A stretch of DNA of 55,799 bases from an uncultured Butyrivibrio sp. (lineage in GTDB: Bacteria; Bacillota; Clostridia; Lachnospirales; Lachnospiraceae): contig CALWMX010000054.1 in the NCBI GenBank assembly GCA_944382105.1, positions 1 through 55,799 on the forward strand, written 5' to 3'. Numbering within the stretch: the stretch's first letter is position 1; every line of letters starts with the position of its first letter. The notes below the pieces were generated by a model. The model was given only the letters and a program-made list of their open reading frames with translations, searched no databases and was not told the origin of the DNA. This document shows, one piece after another, positions 50,326 through 55,799 of the stretch. The position numbers and the translations under genes were made by a program.

Positions 50326-50355
50326 ACAGGCATCAACCTTAAGGTTGATGCCTGT
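50326..50355. terminator. Bidirectional terminator (30-bp perfect palindrome)
   Basis: ACAGGCATCAACCTTAAGGTTGATGCCTGT between convergent genes. Confidence 0.8.
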
Positions 50356-50432
50356 CGTTTTCCCGACTGTGAAATTTTTGTGTGCTTTTGAATTTACTTT
50401 ACAATAAGCACATGCTTTTGCCGGGGCTTTAT

Positions 50433-53400
50433 TTATGCTCTGCGTCTCTTTTTAATGGTTACAACTCCCGTTGCAGCGCTCGCTGCAAGAGCTATCAGCA
50501 TAAATCCTAATGCTCCGGTATCGCCTGTATCCACAGGTCCTTCCGTCGGGTCATCATCTGAATCATCAGGATTCGTCGAAGGGTCGTCACCAGGATCTAT
50601 TGATGGATTTTCCTCCTTGCTGAGTGAAGCCTTCTCTATAACATAGAGCACACCGTCATATGTCGGAGCACCGCCGTCTACATAGCAGTCCGTGATGAAA
50701 TCTATTGTAAATTCGTCACCTGAAACCGGAATAACAAGAGTAGCCTTGCCGTCAACAACCGTTCCGACCCACTGTTCTCCGTCAACGCCGCCGATAATAT
50801 CATCTACATCGTCTCCGTCAAAGTCTTTATTCCAGCCTACCTGTGCGCCGCCCCACATATAATAGTGAACGCCGTCCTTATCGGTAACTCTTACAATGTT
50901 TCCGCACCAGTCATTCCACGTATCTGCCGCAGAGTCAGGTATCGTAACTTCTACAATAACATTCTTGACTCCTTCGGTAGACGGGAAATCTTTATCTGTT
51001 ATTGTAGCACTCGGCGTAACACCGTCAATCGGCCTGCATTCAATGCCAAGCGTAATTTCCGGATTATCCGCGTCAATTGCAGGAATTATTTCAGACATAG
51101 TCTTACCGCAAGTCTGGCACTCATAATTAATTACGCCGTCAACTCCTACCTGTGCATCCACTCTGGAAACTTCTTTATAATCGTGTTCTCTCTTAATCTC
51201 AAACACAGTCGTAAGTCCGTTATCAGTCATTGCCGTTATTGTTGCATTTCCATCGCCTACAATTGTTGCGGTAACGGTTGCATAACCGTTTTCATCAACC
51301 GAAACAGCTTTGGAAGGTACGGATATAACCGATTCATCAGATGATACGAACGTAACAACATTTTCAGTGTTAGCAGGTGTGAGCTTAACCGATACTTCAA
51401 ATGTGTTTTCTGTTGTGTCAGGACAGATATTGATTGTTTCTCCATCCTCGGCCTCCATCTTCTCTGCCGGATTCTGGATTTCGGATGATGACGTTTTAAA
51501 CTTCATGCCTGAAAGCGTAAACGTAATCTCAATTACTTTATGCTCGGTGTTGGTGGTAAATGTTGCAACATGGTCGCTGACACTTACTTCATCAACAGCC
51601 GAACCGTCCCATGCGTTTACAGGATTACCGCTGTCAAATACGCCTGACTTGATTGCTTCCTTCGCTTCCGCATTGCTGTTGAGCGTAAGCTCCTGTCCGT
51701 CAAGAACAACCTTGTCAATCTGTATCATACAGGTCTCAACCGGCGAAGCTTTTGTTTCACCCGTATCAACGCTCTGGTCTTTGATATAAATAGACGTTAA
51801 TCTGTCAAGGTTTGTAATTCCTGCATTCTTTGCTGCATTGGACAAGTCAGTGTCGCAGTCAAATCTTACAGTATACTGTCCGTCGCCCGTAACATTTATT
51901 ACGGTTCCGGTCTCTGTGCTCCAGTATTCGTTTACCGAGTCGTTATAAAGTACCTTAAGACCCAGTGAAATTTCATCCGTGTCAAGCGCATCCTTAACAT
52001 TGATTTCAACTGTCTTTGTGGCGCCGCTCTCTGACGTAACGATAATATATGTTCTGCCTACACCTGTTCCGACTACTTTACCAAGGCTGTTTACGGTAGC
52101 CACATCCGGATTGGACGAGGTAAACGTAACTGCCTCTCCGTTGCTTGCGGATGCGGTAATAGTCGTACTCTTATCAAGAATGATTGTCTTGGTATCTTCA
52201 TCTACGGTAATGGTAACATCTTCTGAGGAAGCCTTAGCGCTTACATTAACCACAATGTCCTCGCTTACGGAGCCGCTCTGCGAATATACGTGTACCGTTG
52301 TCTGTCCGATGCCTTTTGCATGCAGCTTACCGTTAAATACGGTAACTATATCATCATTATCCGTTGACCAGAATACTATATCGTTGGTTTCGGCAGGAGC
52401 CGTGTCAACCGTAAGAGTCTCCCAGTCGCCGATTGTCATATCAACAGTTGTGGCTGAAGGAGTGATTGACGTTATCTCAACAACCTCAGGATCCTGTTCA
52501 ATATCAGAGAAGTCATAATTTAAGTTCAGATCCGATGCGGCCAGATATGTACCTCTCATCATTCCGTCAATAATTGTCTTGAATATCGGCCTAAGTTCGG
52601 TTCTGTTCCAGTATGAGAAAAGTCCTGTTTCATACTCTCCGTTAGTTCCAAAGCCCTGATCCCATACAATCGGCACAACGCCCGCTACCTGACATGCTCT
52701 GTTGGCAATCTCACAGAACCATGCACGTGCAACATCATTATAGCCCGATTCGGTGCCTGACTGCTCATAAATTCTGTTTCCGTACTCACCAAGGTACATA
52801 GGAACATCGCTTCCGAATTTGTTCTGCATTGCCTGAAGCCTTTCCCAAAGTCCCTGAATGTCGGAAAGCTTCCATGTTGTGTTAGTAGATGCCACATAAA
52901 TATGTGCGGCAAACATAAGTCTGTTGGTATCATTATACGTGTCTTCCGGAAGGGTAAAGCTTGAGCTGCTTCCGTTATTAGCATAATGAGCCACTACGGC
53001 GAGCCATCTCTTTGTGTTGTTTGAACCTGTTGAACGTACGGTATTTACAAAAAGCTGGTTGAAATTCACAATAATCGGCGTATCATATGCAACAGCTTCG
53101 CTTCCGTTCTTATCCGTTTCCGAACATGAAATCTCGTTCATGGACTCAAATATAAGGTGCTCGTCATAATCCTTAAATCTTTCTGCAATATGTCTCCAGA
53201 CAGCTTCGTATTTCTCCATTACGGAATCGATATCATCCGCAGCAACCCTTAGCCAGCCTGTCTGCTCTGCGCCGTCATGGTGAACATTGATGATTGCGTA
53301 CATATCCTGCTCTACGCAGTAATCGACAATATCCTGAACCCTGTTCAGCCATGTTTCGTTAATTGCATATCCGTTTTCATCGTCTATCATATTGCCCCAT

Positions 53401-55328
53401 GTTACAGGAATCCTGACTGTATTGTAACCTGCGTCATGAAGCGCCTTGATATATTCTTTGGTGGTAACCGCTGACTGCCATGCCGTTTCACTCGGTGTAA
53501 AACCGCTGTGACCGTCCATGGTATTTCCGAGGTTAATTCCCGCTCCCATCTCAGCTACCGTTTCCTGTGCGGAAAGCTCTCTGAACGGAAGTGCGTTGGA
53601 ATCATCCGTCTCGGTTACAAATATAAGCTTTGCCTTAACATTCTCAAGGGTGTCCCTGGCTGTTTTAAGGCTGTCGGTTGTTGCATCCGGGTTCTCATAT
53701 TCGGCGGTAGCCACAACCACTGCTTCCTGAAGAGCCTGCCATGAATCTGCAGTGTATCTGCTCGAATCCATCTCTGCAATATAATCAAGCGAAAGCTTCA
53801 GATTATCTCTTCTCATCTCAACCGTCTGCTGCCATACATCCTTAATCGCCGTAGGATCCTCAAGGGTTGTCGATTCGCATACAGGTTCGGTGAAGCCCTC
53901 TGTAAGAGTAACACCGCCATCTGCATCAACGTTTATGGCAACGCTCTGTCCATCCGAAAAGATAATACCTAAAGGTTCAGCTTCCGTGTTGGTTGTATAA
54001 ATCCTTATGCTCAGTGAAAAGTCTGAAACACTGTTAATCTTGCTGCTGGATATTGAATTGGCCGGGAACTTATAATTAGCAGTTCCGGCGCTTCCTACAC
54101 CGTCATTATTTTCGGAATTCTGAATCCAATAAATGCTGGACTTCTGCTTTGTGCAGTCCTCACCGATAAGGTACTTGTTGGATCCGCCTCCCGTACCGCC
54201 GGTTCTGGCATGTATGTAGGAATAATTATCAGCCTGTGTAATATGAATGTAAAACGTAGCCGTACAGTCATTATCGATCAGACTCTGTGCATCGATTCCC
54301 GCAGCCACAAGGTCATCGCCTGTTATATCAAGAATATACTTTGCTTCATCAAGCTGATGTGAATCTTCATTATCCCCATCGTCCGAAGATGAGCCTTCCA
54401 CCATATAGGTCATCGCCGCAAGCGTCGCCTCAACATCCTCGGCATAAAAGCTTATATTGATTCCTTTGATATTGCCGCCTGCGCCTCCATTCAGAGACTG
54501 AATTATCTTCTGGGTGGCAATATATGCGGTGTATGTACCGTCTCCGTTATCAACGGAATCTCCGATGGTAATAATGTTATCATCCCAGCCTCCCCAGCTT
54601 GTGTCAAACGGCTGAAGCGTGAATACTACGGTTTCTCCGGTTACACCCTCTCCTGCGGTATAATCGATTTTGATATAATCGCTTTCCAATATACCGGTAT
54701 CCTGGAATGTAGCAATATAACCGTTCCATGCGCCATCACTGTAATGCGCGTCGTTGCTGCTGTCCAGCGACCCGTCCGTCGGAAGGCTCATGCTCGTCTC
54801 CGTGAAATCCTTCTCCACCATATACGTCATTGCCGTGATCACCGCATCAACACCCTCAGCGGCAAAGCTGATATTAATTCCGTTGAGAGTTCCTCCGGAG
54901 CTGAGAGACTGTACCACCTTCTGTGTCGGAATATATGCCGTGTATGTACCGTTTCCGTTAGAAACGGAATCTCCTATGGTAATAATGTTCTCATCCCAGC
55001 CTCCCCAGCTTGTGTCAAACGGCTGAAGATTGAAAACTTCAGTTTCGTCGGTGATGTCACCTGAAGCGGTATACTCTATTTTGAGATAATCGCTTGCAAG
55101 AATATCCGCATCATTGAAAGTCTGGATATATCCGTCATAACTCTCACCGCTTCCCCGGCTCTCGTCGTTCTCACAATTTCCGGTCAATGAAATGCTGTTC
55201 CCGGTAAACAATGCTTCCGGCGGTATATCCGCGGCCTGAACCGTTATTCCGCCTTGCCATGTAAACAGGGAAGAGACAACCATTGCCAGAGCAAGAACTC
55301 CGGCCAGTAATTTCTTACCGATTTTCAT
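50433..55328 (-). CDS. Multimodular cell-wall-anchored GH5 endoglucanase/xyloglucanase (likely GH5_4): tandem CBM-like repeats, FIVAR, GH5, Big_2 domains, sortase-like signal
   Basis: MGAGINLGNT, VRIPVTW, INVHHD, FESMNE (acid/base), YLGEYG (nucleophile), VWDQG; SSNPDVATV Big_2; PVDTGD+TM+KKRRR. Confidence 0.9.
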   Translation of the reverse strand: MKIGKKLLAGVLALAMVVSSLFTWQGGITVQAADIPPEALFTGNSISLTGNCENDESRGSGESYDGYIQTFNDADILASDYLKIEYTASGDITDETEVFNLQPFDTSWGGWDENIITIGDSVSNGNGTYTAYIPTQKVVQSLSSGGTLNGINISFAAEGVDAVITAMTYMVEKDFTETSMSLPTDGSLDSSNDAHYSDGAWNGYIATFQDTGILESDYIKIDYTAGEGVTGETVVFTLQPFDTSWGGWDDNIITIGDSVDNGDGTYTAYIATQKIIQSLNGGAGGNIKGINISFYAEDVEATLAAMTYMVEGSSSDDGDNEDSHQLDEAKYILDITGDDLVAAGIDAQSLIDNDCTATFYIHITQADNYSYIHARTGGTGGGSNKYLIGEDCTKQKSSIYWIQNSENNDGVGSAGTANYKFPANSISSSKINSVSDFSLSIRIYTTNTEAEPLGIIFSDGQSVAINVDADGGVTLTEGFTEPVCESTTLEDPTAIKDVWQQTVEMRRDNLKLSLDYIAEMDSSRYTADSWQALQEAVVVATAEYENPDATTDSLKTARDTLENVKAKLIFVTETDDSNALPFRELSAQETVAEMGAGINLGNTMDGHSGFTPSETAWQSAVTTKEYIKALHDAGYNTVRIPVTWGNMIDDENGYAINETWLNRVQDIVDYCVEQDMYAIINVHHDGAEQTGWLRVAADDIDSVMEKYEAVWRHIAERFKDYDEHLIFESMNEISCSETDKNGSEAVAYDTPIIVNFNQLFVNTVRSTGSNNTKRWLAVVAHYANNGSSSSFTLPEDTYNDTNRLMFAAHIYVASTNTTWKLSDIQGLWERLQAMQNKFGSDVPMYLGEYGNRIYEQSGTESGYNDVARAWFCEIANRACQVAGVVPIVWDQGFGTNGEYETGLFSYWNRTELRPIFKTIIDGMMRGTYLAASDLNLNYDFSDIEQDPEVVEITSITPSATTVDMTIGDWETLTVDTAPAETNDIVFWSTDNDDIVTVFNGKLHAKGIGQTTVHVYSQSGSVSEDIVVNVSAKASSEDVTITVDEDTKTIILDKSTTITASASNGEAVTFTSSNPDVATVNSLGKVVGTGVGRTYIIVTSESGATKTVEINVKDALDTDEISLGLKVLYNDSVNEYWSTETGTVINVTGDGQYTVRFDCDTDLSNAAKNAGITNLDRLTSIYIKDQSVDTGETKASPVETCMIQIDKVVLDGQELTLNSNAEAKEAIKSGVFDSGNPVNAWDGSAVDEVSVSDHVATFTTNTEHKVIEITFTLSGMKFKTSSSEIQNPAEKMEAEDGETINICPDTTENTFEVSVKLTPANTENVVTFVSSDESVISVPSKAVSVDENGYATVTATIVGDGNATITAMTDNGLTTVFEIKREHDYKEVSRVDAQVGVDGVINYECQTCGKTMSEIIPAIDADNPEITLGIECRPIDGVTPSATITDKDFPSTEGVKNVIVEVTIPDSAADTWNDWCGNIVRVTDKDGVHYYMWGGAQVGWNKDFDGDDVDDIIGGVDGEQWVGTVVDGKATLVIPVSGDEFTIDFITDCYVDGGAPTYDGVLYVIEKASLSKEENPSIDPGDDPSTNPDDSDDDPTEGPVDTGDTGALGFMLIALAASAATGVVTIKKRRRA
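54396..55214 (-). repeat. Internal duplication of ~110-135 aa module
   Basis: LQPFDTSWGGWD..IITIGDSV..GTYTAYI..GINISF..AMTYMVE twice; 38 bp identical at 54580-54617 and 54991-55028. Confidence 0.92.
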
Positions 55329-55503
55329 AAACAATACCTCCTGAAAAATTAAGTGTAAAGCTGCCGTTTCTTTCAGAAACGACAGCTCCCCTTGAGTTAA
55401 ATAATACCATGTTTATACGTAAATTTCAACAATAACTTTATATATTTGAAAATATTTTTTGTGCACTTACCACAAATTAAACCTGTTATTTTTCGACAAA
55501 AAA

Positions 55504-55554
55504 ACAAAAGTGCACATCATATGTATAAAAATCATATTTTTTGTGCACTTTTGT
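55504..55554. repeat. 13-bp inverted repeat (terminator or operator)
   Basis: ACAAAAGTGCACA / TGTGCACTTTTGT. Confidence 0.65.
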
Positions 55555-55573
55555 CGTATTTTTTGTTGATTAT

Positions 55574-55799
55574 TTACAAATTCTCGTTTTTTAATGTTTC
55601 AACCGTATTGTCATGCCTTATTTTACTCATGGAATACAGCATTGTTGCAAATACTACTATAAACACGCTCGCCACGGCAATTATGATGCTCTTCCACGGT
55701 ATGATGACGCCCAAATCAACGCCGAAATCCATTGAACGGCTCATCAGCCAGTTAATCACAAGAGACACCGGAATACCGAATATAATTCCTTTCATGCCG
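55574..55799 (-). CDS. C-terminus of FtsX-like ABC permease (5'-partial)
   Basis: IPWKSIIIAV..TMLYSMSKI..NTVETLK typical FtsX-permease ending. Confidence 0.75.
   Translation of the reverse strand, partial: GMKGIIFGIPVSLVINWLMSRSMDFGVDLGVIIPWKSIIIAVASVFIVVFATMLYSMSKIRHDNTVETLKNENL

Overview
Chromosomal window from a spore-forming, probably Lachnospiraceae-like clostridial anaerobe (inferred from gene content and promoter style). The first ~2.1 kb is a decayed integrative-element remnant: a CGNR zinc-finger gene, rhuM with a damaged 5' end, a TnpW-like ORF and a hidden fragment of a large serine recombinase. The rest is mostly housekeeping or sporulation genes (amidase, folA-thyA-hflX, xfp, hslO, Csp protease, addAB, nadE, lysine-riboswitch dapA-dapB, ssb, typA). 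Three accessory loci stand out. (1) A cobalamin-riboswitch operon in which an ECF transporter is preceded by two surface proteins with transcobalamin/intrinsic-factor-like modules. (2) A dlt-like operon (adenylation domain, carrier protein, MBOAT, SGNH) with an embedded fold-III PLP decarboxylase and a non-DltA substrate pocket; this is a candidate pathway for decorating the envelope with a decarboxylated amino acid. (3) A large wall-anchored GH5 enzyme with several unassigned modules. A candidate forespore-type small RNA lies at ~33.1 kb. All family calls come from visual motif recognition, not database searches.
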